From the IMG/VR virus record IMGVR_UViG_3300029608_000014: a stretch of 45,524 nt of DNA; one strand, given 5' to 3'. Both the position numbers and the translations under genes were made by a program. How positions within the stretch are numbered: position 1 is the first letter of the stretch; the number at the start of each line of letters is the position of its first letter. Of the stretch, positions 1-7,885 are shown piece after piece. This DNA is from a virus. Below the pieces are notes generated by a model, which was given only the letters and a program-made list of their open reading frames with translations, was not told the DNA's origin and did not search any database.

Positions 1-99
1 TGTCATTGGATTCAACCATAATGCGAGCCTAGAAGGGGAAAACCGTATTCATTTCCAGTTAGGCAAAACGGCGCTCTCCGGCGGTACGGACGTGTGTTT
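1..99. repeat. Terminal direct repeat, identical to 45426-45524 (circular-assembly overlap or terminal redundancy)
   Basis: Read directly: tgtcattggattcaacc...cggacgtgtgttt occurs at both ends. Confidence 0.95.
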
Positions 100-628
100 C
101 TGCGACAGTTACTATACCTCGCCCGTTTCGACAACCGGCTATTTCTCTATGAACAGTAGTGCAACGAACTCCGGCGGATGGGCGAGCTCGCAAATGCGTA
201 CAAATATTTGCGGGACAAGCCTCTCGAGCTATTCCGGAACGATTATCGCAGTCATTCCGGCGGCGCTCCGTGCAGTCCTAAAGTCCGTTACCAAGTACAC
301 GGACAATACGGGAAATAATAGCACATCCGCGAGTGCGGTCACGGCGACAAAGGATTACTTTTTCCTCCTCTCGGAGTTTGAGGTTTTCGGGAGCATTTCG
401 AGAGCAAACTCGAACGAGGCGAGTAAGCAAGCGCAGTACGCCTATTATTCCGCTGGAAACAGCAAGGTAAAGTACAAGCACAACGGAACGAGCACCGCCG
501 CTCGTTGGTGGCTCCGTTCTCCGCTTGCGAGCAACTCCGACGGTTTCGAGGATGTGAACACCAACGGGACAGTCGAAGACCGCACCGCGCGCGCTTCCTT
601 CGGCTTCGCGCCCGGCTTTTGCGTATGA
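1..628 (+). CDS. 3' part of the junction-spanning tail fibre / receptor-binding protein (5' part at 44920-45524)
   Basis: The frame is open from base 2 to TGA 626-628, and the phase matches the ORF open at the right end once 45426 is mapped to 1. C-terminal motifs GGWASSQMR and WWLRSP resemble a Firmicutes surface/tail domain I recall as DUF6273-like. Confidence 0.8.
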   Translation, partial: VIGFNHNASLEGENRIHFQLGKTALSGGTDVCFCDSYYTSPVSTTGYFSMNSSATNSGGWASSQMRTNICGTSLSSYSGTIIAVIPAALRAVLKSVTKYTDNTGNNSTSASAVTATKDYFFLLSEFEVFGSISRANSNEASKQAQYAYYSAGNSKVKYKHNGTSTAARWWLRSPLASNSDGFEDVNTNGTVEDRTARASFGFAPGFCV

Positions 629-639
629 GGGAGAAGCGC

Positions 640-1011
640 ATGGACTATATCGTGTATAAGCGGTTCCGTGGGAATGGCATCGATGGAGCATTTAATCTCC
701 GGTACGGAACTGTGGTATCGGAAATTGAAGGGTTCTTGTTTGCAGCAGACGGCAGGCGGATATGCGCTGCGACGTCCGAAAACGGGTGGGAGCATTTCAG
801 GCCGAACACGCAGGAAGGTGCCGAGCGGCAGAAAATGCTGAACGATCTGTACCGATGGTACAGAAAAAACGGCTGCGATGAAGATTTTACGGATGACAAA
901 TGGCCGGGGCAGGAAAACGGATACTGGAAGAATCGGCTGCGAACAGCAAGCACAAAGCAATTGGAGAAAATCTATCAAGAGAAATTTGGAGGGACGCCAT
1001 GTATGCAGTAA
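640..1011 (+). CDS. Hypothetical protein in the tail-fibre locus
   Basis: ATG 640 is preceded by GAGGGAG. The 505 start in the ORF track lies inside the upstream gene. Confidence 0.6.
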   Translation: MDYIVYKRFRGNGIDGAFNLRYGTVVSEIEGFLFAADGRRICAATSENGWEHFRPNTQEGAERQKMLNDLYRWYRKNGCDEDFTDDKWPGQENGYWKNRLRTASTKQLEKIYQEKFGGTPCMQ

Positions 1012-1310
1012 AACAGGACGGCGCATTTGCCGGGTATGCGGACAGTATTGTGCCCATCCGACTGCACGGCAACGGTTGTTATGTCCCGTGCAAGGAAGAT
1101 CAGGCAGAAGGATTTTGCGCTAAGATGGCTATGACTATTACAGATGAAGAAGGGACTGAGCATCAGGTGCTTTCTGACAGGGTGTTTCATCTCCCCGGTT
1201 ACACGTTGAAAGGTACGGAGCCGGAGGGCAGCTATGAGGAAATGGGTGCGGCACTGCTACTCACAGATGCAGAGAACGCGGCGAAAATTTTACTTGGGGA
1301 GGCGGAATAA
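999..1310 (+). CDS. Hypothetical protein in the tail-fibre locus
   Basis: ATG 999 follows GGAGGG (986-991) and makes a short overlap with the upstream stop. Confidence 0.55.
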   Translation: MYAVKQDGAFAGYADSIVPIRLHGNGCYVPCKEDQAEGFCAKMAMTITDEEGTEHQVLSDRVFHLPGYTLKGTEPEGSYEEMGAALLLTDAENAAKILLGEAE

Positions 1311-1311
1311 C

Positions 1312-1731
1312 ATGAGCACCTACACCGAGCGGGCGCGGGCGCTGCGCCCCTATATCGTCAAAAGCGCCGCCAGTCTCACTGACGCCGACGCGAGTCTCGC
1401 GCCGGAGCTTTTCACCCGCCTGACCGGCTCCGGCAGCCTCGTCAAAGCCGGCACGCGCATCAACTGGGGCGGCACCATCAAGCGCGCCGCCTCCGACCTC
1501 TGGGACACGGCCCAGAACACCCCGGACGCCGCCCCGGCCCTCTGGGAGGACATCGCCTACAAACAGGGCTACAGGATCATCCCCGAGACCATCACTGCCG
1601 GTCTCGCCTTTGCCAAGGGCGAAAAAGGCTGGTGGCAGGACGAGCTCTACGAATCCCTGCTCGCCGCCAACGTTTGGAACCCATCCGTTAACCCGGACGG
1701 GTGGAAGAAGATCACGGAAGAAGGTACATAG
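1312..1731 (+). CDS. Hypothetical protein in the tail-fibre locus
   Basis: ATG 1312 follows GGGGAGG and is tightly packed after stop 1310. Confidence 0.6.
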   Translation: MSTYTERARALRPYIVKSAASLTDADASLAPELFTRLTGSGSLVKAGTRINWGGTIKRAASDLWDTAQNTPDAAPALWEDIAYKQGYRIIPETITAGLAFAKGEKGWWQDELYESLLAANVWNPSVNPDGWKKITEEGT

Positions 1732-1733
1732 CC

Positions 1734-2231
1734 ATGGACGATGCAACTATCATCGTTACGCTCGTCACCGACCGCACGCAGGCGGATGTGGAGCGGGTGC
1801 GGGAGCTGGCGGCGAAGGGCTTTTCCGCCATGACTTCCGACGAGCAGGCAGAATGGCTGGCCGGGATGAAGGGTGCGTACAACGCCGCTGATCTCAATCG
1901 CGTGGGAACCGCCCTGAACTATCTGGCGGGACGCCTCAGCTCGATCTGCGGCAAGAGCATCGCGTGGACGGCTAAAACCGATTGGGCCGTAACGGACATT
2001 ATAACGGCCTCACAGGCCGAGGCATACCGCAAGCAGGTGCAATCCATCCGGGACGCGCTTGCGTATCCTGCCGAAACGCCGGACGCGCCGGAGCTGGGCC
2101 GCCTGACCTACACCGATGCAAACAACATCGAGCGCATTCTGAAACTCTGCGAAGAGCTAATCGTCAACGTTGCAAAATCTTTTCGCCACACCGGCGCGGC
2201 GGAGTGCGCCGCAGGAGGATTACTCACATGA
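1734..2231 (+). CDS. Tail-fibre-associated protein (function unknown)
   Basis: ATG 1734. The motif TDRTQADVERV...MKGAYNAADLNRV recurs in clostridial phage fibre-region proteins (from memory). ATGA overlap with the next gene. Confidence 0.6.
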   Translation: MDDATIIVTLVTDRTQADVERVRELAAKGFSAMTSDEQAEWLAGMKGAYNAADLNRVGTALNYLAGRLSSICGKSIAWTAKTDWAVTDIITASQAEAYRKQVQSIRDALAYPAETPDAPELGRLTYTDANNIERILKLCEELIVNVAKSFRHTGAAECAAGGLLT

Positions 2232-3742
2232 AAGATAGGCAGCCAACACAGGTTTTAGCCAACGGCGCGATCCGCTACGGCGTCTATAACGCCGACGGCA
2301 CGCTCAACCACTACGAATACCTCAAGCGCGAGGACGCGCCCACCGTCGAGGGAACGCCACTCAACAAGGCAAATCTGCTATCCGATGCAACCGCCGCGAA
2401 GATCTGGCCCGGCTCGAAGAAGCCGGACGACCCGACCGTGAATGACGCGCTCGGCAAGCTTTCGGAGGGTACGGCCAAGGTCGGCGACATCGCTATCACG
2501 TCCCGCACAGATTTGTCCGACGCATGGCTCCCGTGCGACGGGCGCACTGTATCGCAGGAACAGTATCCAAGCCTCTGCGCCGTCCTGCGGACGCCGGACA
2601 GCCCGGCGATTTGGACGGAAAAGACCGTATCAACAAACGTCGGAGCGGGCGGCGACGCGATCTCCTACGAAAACGGACATTGGTTCCGCACGTACCAGGA
2701 CACGACATCCGCACACATTCTGGTATCAGACGACGGCGAAACATGGACAGAGTGGGCCATGCCACAGAACTTCTGGGCAAACTCGCCAATCCTTTCGTCG
2801 CGCATCGTAGCTGCCCATGCCGTGAAATACTTTGGCGGACTATACGTGTGTAGCGTGTGCGTATTGTGCGCCAAATCTTCCGGAGTTGCGTACTATCAAG
2901 GCATTATATTTGCATCTGAAATATTCGGGCAGTTCCAAGTTGACGCGCCGTCTGTATGGTATCCCGACTATAGTAGCATCATCAAGGAATTCGCCGCGAA
3001 ATCTGAATACGATGTGTTCTGGGACGGGCAACGGTTTTTGGTGCTTGGAACATACAGAGACCTTGAAATCATTCCTACGATCAGATACACAAATCAACTT
3101 ACAAATAGAAGTAGCCCAGTGGAGGAAGACAGTCAGGCTTGGAAGCAAGGAGCTATGACTAATTTTAACCCTATTGGAATGTACGTCCGAAAATCAGATG
3201 GAATGATCGTGTGCTTAGGCTGGGGTACTGGAGTAGGCGGTTACCCAGGCAACTACTTGACATACGTTATCTATGCAAAAACCGCGGCAAGCAACTTTAC
3301 TAAAAAAGAAATTTATGCATGGACAGCCGACCTCAATGATGATTTTAGCGACTTCGTAGAGACAGATGAAGGTATATATGTAACCTGCAATAACACCTAT
3401 GACGTAATAAAAATAACAGGAGATTCCAAGCTGACAACCACGATAGTAACAAAAGGGAATCCTTTTGACCATGCAACAAACTGCAACGGACAGCTTGTGG
3501 CCGTAAGAGGATCAACGGTAAATGTAACTGAGGACATAGAACAGGGCTGGGACTACACTACGACGCTCAGTGCAGAGGGGAAACAGCCTGTTGCTGTCGG
3601 AACAATTGTGCGAATTCCACTCTCGTCAAACGGCGCGACGGTAAAGGACGTTCTGCATAATTTCGCATACGACAACAAGAAAATCCCTGCCATTACACCC
3701 GATAGTCGCAGCAAAGCCTACATCAAGGCGCTGGAGGAATAG
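2228..3742 (+). CDS. Tail fibre protein (long paralogue, 504 aa)
   Basis: ATG 2228 overlaps stop 2231. The N-terminus LANGAIRYGVY...GTPLNKANLL and the tail-collar-like motif WLPCDGRTVSQEQYPSL are shared with the next gene. The C-terminal ~380 aa are unique. Confidence 0.7.
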   Translation: MKDRQPTQVLANGAIRYGVYNADGTLNHYEYLKREDAPTVEGTPLNKANLLSDATAAKIWPGSKKPDDPTVNDALGKLSEGTAKVGDIAITSRTDLSDAWLPCDGRTVSQEQYPSLCAVLRTPDSPAIWTEKTVSTNVGAGGDAISYENGHWFRTYQDTTSAHILVSDDGETWTEWAMPQNFWANSPILSSRIVAAHAVKYFGGLYVCSVCVLCAKSSGVAYYQGIIFASEIFGQFQVDAPSVWYPDYSSIIKEFAAKSEYDVFWDGQRFLVLGTYRDLEIIPTIRYTNQLTNRSSPVEEDSQAWKQGAMTNFNPIGMYVRKSDGMIVCLGWGTGVGGYPGNYLTYVIYAKTAASNFTKKEIYAWTADLNDDFSDFVETDEGIYVTCNNTYDVIKITGDSKLTTTIVTKGNPFDHATNCNGQLVAVRGSTVNVTEDIEQGWDYTTTLSAEGKQPVAVGTIVRIPLSSNGATVKDVLHNFAYDNKKIPAITPDSRSKAYIKALEE

Positions 3743-3744
3743 CC

Positions 3745-4173
3745 ATGCAGGACAGACAGGGCACAAACGATCTCGCAAACGGGGCCGTCCGCTACGGGGT
3801 GTATGACGCGGACGGAAGCCTCCTGCGGTACGCATGGCTTCGTCCGGAGGACGAGCCGCTGGAGGCCGGGACGCCGCTCACGGCCGGGAACCTGCTGACG
3901 GAACAGAGCGCCGCAAAGATCTGGCGAGCGGGCGACGCACCGGCGAACCCGATGGTAAATGAGGCATTCGGGAAGCTGTCGGAGCCGAATTATCACATCG
4001 GCGATATCCTCACGACCGTCCGCGTCCTCTCCGTCCCGTGGCACGCGTGCGATGGCTCAACCTTCGATCAGACTGCATACCCGGCCCTCTACGCAGCCCT
4101 CGGCGGCACGACGCTGCCGACGATCAGCTATTCCAGCGATACCACCACCTACATCAAAATGGCGGACGATTAG
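3745..4173 (+). CDS. Short tail-fibre paralogue (142 aa; N-terminal anchor plus tail-collar-like motif only)
   Basis: GGAGGA lies 6 nt upstream. LANGAVRYGVY...GTPLTAGNLL and WHACDGSTFDQTAYPAL align with the first ~125 aa of 2228-3742. Confidence 0.7.
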   Translation: MQDRQGTNDLANGAVRYGVYDADGSLLRYAWLRPEDEPLEAGTPLTAGNLLTEQSAAKIWRAGDAPANPMVNEAFGKLSEPNYHIGDILTTVRVLSVPWHACDGSTFDQTAYPALYAALGGTTLPTISYSSDTTTYIKMADD

Positions 4174-4204
4174 CCCGGCAAATAAAAGAGAAAGGTACAG
4201 AAAA

Positions 4205-4552
4205 ATGGACAGCAAAACCATCATCGTCACCCTCGTCTGCGCCGTGCTCGGCTCGTCCGCGCTGACGGCGGTAGTAAACGCCGTCGTCGGCGCGATACAG
4301 AAAAAGCGCGGCAAGGCCACGACGCAGGAGGCGCACCTAGCCGAGATCGACAAAAAGCTCGGGAAAATGCAGGAGCATCAGGACGAGCAATATCTGGCGA
4401 TCCTCCGCCTCACGATCATGAGCGAGGAAATGCCGATGGCAGAACGCCTGATCGCCGGGCAGAAATACGTCACACTCGGCGGGAACGGCGACGTGAAGAA
4501 GTTTTTACACCAGCTGGAGGCGCAATGCGGGCATAGCAATGGAATTCAGTAA
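4205..4552 (+). CDS. Membrane protein of the lysis cassette (N-terminal TM plus coiled coil)
   Basis: ATG 4205. TM segment IIVTLVCAVLGSSALTAVVNAVVGAI. Positioned just upstream of the holin/endolysin genes. Confidence 0.55.
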   Translation: MDSKTIIVTLVCAVLGSSALTAVVNAVVGAIQKKRGKATTQEAHLAEIDKKLGKMQEHQDEQYLAILRLTIMSEEMPMAERLIAGQKYVTLGGNGDVKKFLHQLEAQCGHSNGIQ

Positions 4553-4796
4553 AAAGTGGCTGATTTGCAGCGCGCTCGTCAGCCTCGCACTCATCATCGC
4601 CTGCGCGGCAGGCGCAGACCTGACGGAGATCACGCTTGCGGTGCTGGCTGAAACGACGGCTTCCAGCGGCTTTTACCTCTGGAAGGCCAAGAATGAGAAC
4701 CGCGCGAAGTACGCGCAGAAGTACATGGATAAATGGGCCGAGAAATACGGCCCGGAAGCGGCAGCACGCATCGCAGAGATCGTGCTAAAGGACTGA
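4539..4796 (+). CDS. Small membrane protein (holin-like, possibly two TM)
   Basis: Hydrophobic segments WLICSALVSLALIIACAAG and ITLAVLAETTASSGFYLW. No clear SD; overlaps the upstream gene by 14 nt. Confidence 0.45.
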   Translation: MEFSKKWLICSALVSLALIIACAAGADLTEITLAVLAETTASSGFYLWKAKNENRAKYAQKYMDKWAEKYGPEAAARIAEIVLKD

Positions 4797-4809
4797 AAGG
4801 AGTCTACAT

Positions 4810-5031
4810 ATGGAAAACATCATCAAACGTCTCGGGAATCTGTTGAGCGTCAAGTCCATCGTCACGCTCGGCCTGACGATCATCTTTGCCGTCCTCGCCC
4901 TGCGCGGCGATATCACCGGCAAGGACTTCCTGACCATCTTCCTGACTGTTATCACGTTCTATTTCGGCACGCAGTCGCAGAAAGCGCAGGACGCGATCGA
5001 CGGCGCAACGAAGGAGGATGCGCAGAAATGA
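4810..5031 (+). CDS. Holin (two-TM, 73 aa)
   Basis: AAAGGAG SD. Two TM helices and a charged C-terminus. ATGA overlap with the endolysin start. Confidence 0.6.
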   Translation: MENIIKRLGNLLSVKSIVTLGLTIIFAVLALRGDITGKDFLTIFLTVITFYFGTQSQKAQDAIDGATKEDAQK

Positions 5032-5738
5032 GCATCAAGATCGGGCAGGCCAGTCTTGGGGAAACCGGAGGACGCAACCAGCAGCCCGGCAACCAGAACG
5101 GGCGGGAGCTGAATATCTCCAACTGGTACAATGGCCGCTGGCTCGGCGTCCTGCGCTACAAGAGCCGCAAAAAGGCCGAGCGGGCCGCGCAGACGTGCGA
5201 GGCGGCTATTAAAAACCGGAACATCGGATACGACATGGACAACAGGAACACGGCGTATGAGGCCGCCAGAGCCGTCGGATGGGACGTGAGCAGGATCGCA
5301 AAGCCCGTGGAGACGGACTGCTCCGCGCTCATGATGCTCTGCGCCGTGGCCGCAGGCTGCGAGGCCGTCGCCGCGCTCTACAAAAAGCAGGGGAATTCCT
5401 GCACCACCTACTGTATGCTGCACGATTGGCCCGCAACGGACGACTTCGAGCTGCTGACCGGCAGCAAGTATCTGACGACGGACGCGAATCTCCTGCGCGG
5501 CGACGTACTGGTAAGCGAGGGCCATACCGTGATGGCCCTCGAAGATGGAAAAAATGCAGAGGAGGAAACCGAAATGGTAGAAAAGAGCAAGATCATCATC
5601 GACGGAAAGGAAGTCACCGTTGAGCGCATCCTGAAGAACGGCACGAACTACGTCAAGGTGCGCGATCTGGCCGCTGCGCTGGATCTCGAAGTCGGCAACA
5701 AGGGCAATATCGCCGTGCTGAAGCACAAGGAAAAGTAA
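5028..5738 (+). CDS. Endolysin: cysteine-peptidase-type (NlpC/P60- or CHAP-like) catalytic domain plus a C-terminal Cu-amine-oxidase-N-like wall-binding repeat
   Basis: Candidate Cys/His dyad in ETDCSALMM and EGHTVMAL. The C-terminus IIIDGKEVTVERILKNGTNYVKVRDLAAALDLEV matches the stalk-type repeat. Follows the holin. Confidence 0.8.
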   Translation: MSIKIGQASLGETGGRNQQPGNQNGRELNISNWYNGRWLGVLRYKSRKKAERAAQTCEAAIKNRNIGYDMDNRNTAYEAARAVGWDVSRIAKPVETDCSALMMLCAVAAGCEAVAALYKKQGNSCTTYCMLHDWPATDDFELLTGSKYLTTDANLLRGDVLVSEGHTVMALEDGKNAEEETEMVEKSKIIIDGKEVTVERILKNGTNYVKVRDLAAALDLEVGNKGNIAVLKHKEK

Positions 5739-5751
5739 GGAGGCGGAGCGT

Positions 5752-6000
5752 ATGTCGCCGCAGGCGCGGGCCAAGCTGCCGCCAGAGCTGGGCCGCCTGA
5801 CACGCAAGGATATGGAGGCCGTGATCTATCAGGCCAATCTTGGCCGGGAAAACGAGAAGATCGCGCAGCTTTACTTCGTGGACAAGCTCCCGCAAGTGGA
5901 CGTTGCGACGGAGCTGTTTCTAGGCCGCGCCACGGTACAGCGACGCCTGCCGGAGATCATGCGGGAGATGCAGCGGACATCCAGCAAACTGTATAGCTGA
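5752..6000 (+). CDS. Small sigma-70 region-4-like / HTH regulator
   Basis: AGGAGG SD. IAQLYFVDKLPQVDVATELFLGRATVQRRLPEI resembles a sigma region 4 HTH. Confidence 0.55.
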   Translation: MSPQARAKLPPELGRLTRKDMEAVIYQANLGRENEKIAQLYFVDKLPQVDVATELFLGRATVQRRLPEIMREMQRTSSKLYS

Positions 6001-6001
6001 G

Positions 6002-6032
6002 ATAAGCGCCGGTTTCTCGGCGCTTATTTTTT
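6002..6032 (+). terminator. Intrinsic terminator ending the fibre-lysis operon
   Basis: 10-bp stem ataagcgccg / cggcgcttat, 6-nt loop, then a T-run. Confidence 0.85.
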
Positions 6033-6056
6033 ATATAAAAATTTTTAAAAACCCCC

Positions 6057-6085
6057 TTGACATATACGGTATTACAGTATATAAT
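6057..6085 (+). promoter_or_regulatory. Consensus sigma-70-type promoter (TTGACA-17 nt-TATAAT)
   Basis: TTGACA at 6057-6062 and TATAAT at 6080-6085, with a spacer of exactly 17 nt, in an AT-rich gap. Confidence 0.8.
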
Positions 6086-6141
6086 GCATCCATAGACACA
6101 AAGCAAAACAAACACGACAAAAAAATCGGAGGATGGCAGAC

Positions 6142-6519
6142 ATGTTTAATATCGTTTCCGCGTGGGGAGCGCAGACAAATCCCCACTATAACCCGGACAC
6201 TGCAAATAATGGCGGAGGTTACTGGCAGTTTTCCGGCGGTATCGTCGTCGATCTTAACGGCCAGCTTGTCACCGTCGAGGCCGACGACACGTCCTGCGGC
6301 GATTTTGGCAGCCGCGTGTATTTTTCCGTGACGGCTGACGGCTTCTGCTGGCGCTTTTCCGACGGCACAATGGACGATGCGTCCGTTGACACCCCGGAGG
6401 ATGTCTTGGGCGTTCTGCGGTCCGTCTCCGGCGTTCTGGGCGTGGACGCCGAAGCGCTGATTTCTGCCGCGTTGAATGCGGCGAACGTCTGCGCGTGGGA
6501 GGTATGCTATGCCGACTGA
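6142..6519 (+). CDS. Hypothetical acidic protein (first gene of the cargo block)
   Basis: GGAGG at 6128-6132. ATG 6142 is 9 nt downstream (ATG 6133 abuts the SD). Confidence 0.6.
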   Translation: MFNIVSAWGAQTNPHYNPDTANNGGGYWQFSGGIVVDLNGQLVTVEADDTSCGDFGSRVYFSVTADGFCWRFSDGTMDDASVDTPEDVLGVLRSVSGVLGVDAEALISAALNAANVCAWEVCYAD

Positions 6520-6691
6520 CACCCAGCGCCGCGCTCGCAACAAGTGGGACGCTGAGAACATGTCCGTGATCTCCTGCAAGCTCAAGCGGGAGATCGCGGA
6601 AAGATTTAAGGCCGCAGCCAAGTCCAACGGCACGACGCCAAACGAACTGATACGCGGCTGGATTGCTGCATATTTATTTGAGCAAAACTGA
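6509..6691 (+). CDS. Ribbon-helix-helix (Arc/CopG-like) small DNA-binding protein
   Basis: GGGAGG SD. RRARNKWDAENMSVISCKLKREIAERFKAAAKSNGTTPNELIRGWI fits a beta-strand plus two helices RHH pattern. Confidence 0.55.
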   Translation: MPTDTQRRARNKWDAENMSVISCKLKREIAERFKAAAKSNGTTPNELIRGWIAAYLFEQN

Positions 6692-6719
6692 TGCATAACT
6701 GAGGCACAGGAAAATAGCA

Positions 6720-6766
6720 AAAAGCCCATACTGGACACATCAAAGGAGTGTTCGGTATGGGCTTTT
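6720..6766 (+). promoter_or_regulatory. 12-bp hairpin that encloses the SD and start codon of the next gene (attenuator or translational control)
   Basis: aaaagcccatac (6720-6731) pairs with gtatgggctttt (6755-6766). AAAGGAG sits in the loop, ATG 6757 sits in the 3' arm, and the sequence is followed by ttttcttatttt. Confidence 0.5.
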
Positions 6767-7140
6767 CTTATTTTAATCCGAACCCTGCCGGGCAGAAGGT
6801 CGGGGACTGCACCGTCCGGGCTATCGTAAAGGCGACCGGGAAGAGCTGGGACGAGGTGTATATCGGCCTGTGCCTGCAGGGACTCATCATGGGCGATCTG
6901 CCGAGCGCAAACAGCGTATGGAGCGCTTACCTCCGGCAGCAGGGCTTTACCCGGAACGTAATCCCGAACACATGCCCGGACTGCTATACCGTCGCGGATT
7001 TCTGCGCAGACCATCCGCGCGGCGTGTACGTTCTTGCCCTGTCCAGTCATGTGGTCTGTGCGGAGAACGGAAGCTATTTCGATACATGGGACAGCGGCAA
7101 TGAGATCCCGCTGTTCTACTGGGCAAAGGAGGATAAATGA
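6757..7140 (+). CDS. Hypothetical protein with papain-like Cys/His/Asp pattern
   Basis: GDCTVRAI (Cys), SSHVVCA (His), DTWDSGN (Asp). ATG 6757 is 8 nt after AAAGGAG; GTG 6748 is an alternative start. Confidence 0.55.
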   Translation: MGFSYFNPNPAGQKVGDCTVRAIVKATGKSWDEVYIGLCLQGLIMGDLPSANSVWSAYLRQQGFTRNVIPNTCPDCYTVADFCADHPRGVYVLALSSHVVCAENGSYFDTWDSGNEIPLFYWAKEDK

Positions 7141-7610
7141 TGTTCGGACAACAGCCGTATGTGTATCAGCAGCCGATTTATAATCAGCCAATCGGCCAAC
7201 CGATCAGTCAACCAATGCAGGAGCCAATGATGCGCCCACAGTACCAGCCCGCGCCGCAGATACCGGCCTACCAGCCGCAGCCCCAGCAGCCGCAGAATCA
7301 GTCGATCATCTGGATTCCGAACGAACAGGCCGCAAACGACTTTATCGTCGCGCCCAACAATGCCGTTACGCTTTGGGATATGAACGCGCCGATCGTGTAT
7401 GTAAAAAAGGCCGATGCAAGCGGGAAACCGACCATGACGACCTACGATCTCGTAGAGCGCGCACAGGCCGCACCAGCGCCCGCAGCGCCGCGAAGGGACA
7501 TGAGCGAGGAATATGTAACTCGCCGCGAGTTTGAGGAGCTGGTAGCCAAGCTGACGGCCCCCAGCGCAAGACCGGCGAGAAAGACAAAGGAGGCTGAAAG
7601 CGATGGCTAA
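7137..7610 (+). CDS. Gln/Pro-rich hypothetical protein
   Basis: AAGGAGGA SD. ATGA overlap with the upstream gene. The first 55 aa are a Q/P low-complexity region. Confidence 0.6.
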   Translation: MMFGQQPYVYQQPIYNQPIGQPISQPMQEPMMRPQYQPAPQIPAYQPQPQQPQNQSIIWIPNEQAANDFIVAPNNAVTLWDMNAPIVYVKKADASGKPTMTTYDLVERAQAAPAPAAPRRDMSEEYVTRREFEELVAKLTAPSARPARKTKEAESDG

Positions 7611-7821
7611 CCCCCTGTTTCAGGCCCTCGGCGGCGGGCAGATGCCCGGCCGGATGGGGCAGTTTCAAAATATGGTGCAGCAATTCCGGCAGTTTCAGCA
7701 GACGTTTCAGGGCGACCCGAAAGCGGAGGTTGAAAAGCTGGTGCAAAGCGGGAAAATCACGCAGCAGCAGCTGAATCAGCTGCAGCAGATGGCGGCGCAG
7801 TTCCGGCAGCTGATCGGATAA
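7603..7821 (+). CDS. Small Gln-rich hypothetical protein
   Basis: Overlaps the upstream stop by 8 nt; 72 aa. Confidence 0.5.
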   Translation: MANPLFQALGGGQMPGRMGQFQNMVQQFRQFQQTFQGDPKAEVEKLVQSGKITQQQLNQLQQMAAQFRQLIG

Positions 7822-7885
7822 AACGGATTTCAATTCGTGGCCACGATTGAGATAAATTTCAAAAAATCTACGAAAGGAGAATTTT

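Noticed and set aside
2228-4173. Diversity-generating retroelement (template/variable repeat pair) suggested by the duplicated fibre N-termini
   Set aside because: There is no reverse transcriptase gene anywhere in the genome. The shared segment is the N-terminal anchor rather than a C-terminal variable region, and the two copies differ by general divergence.
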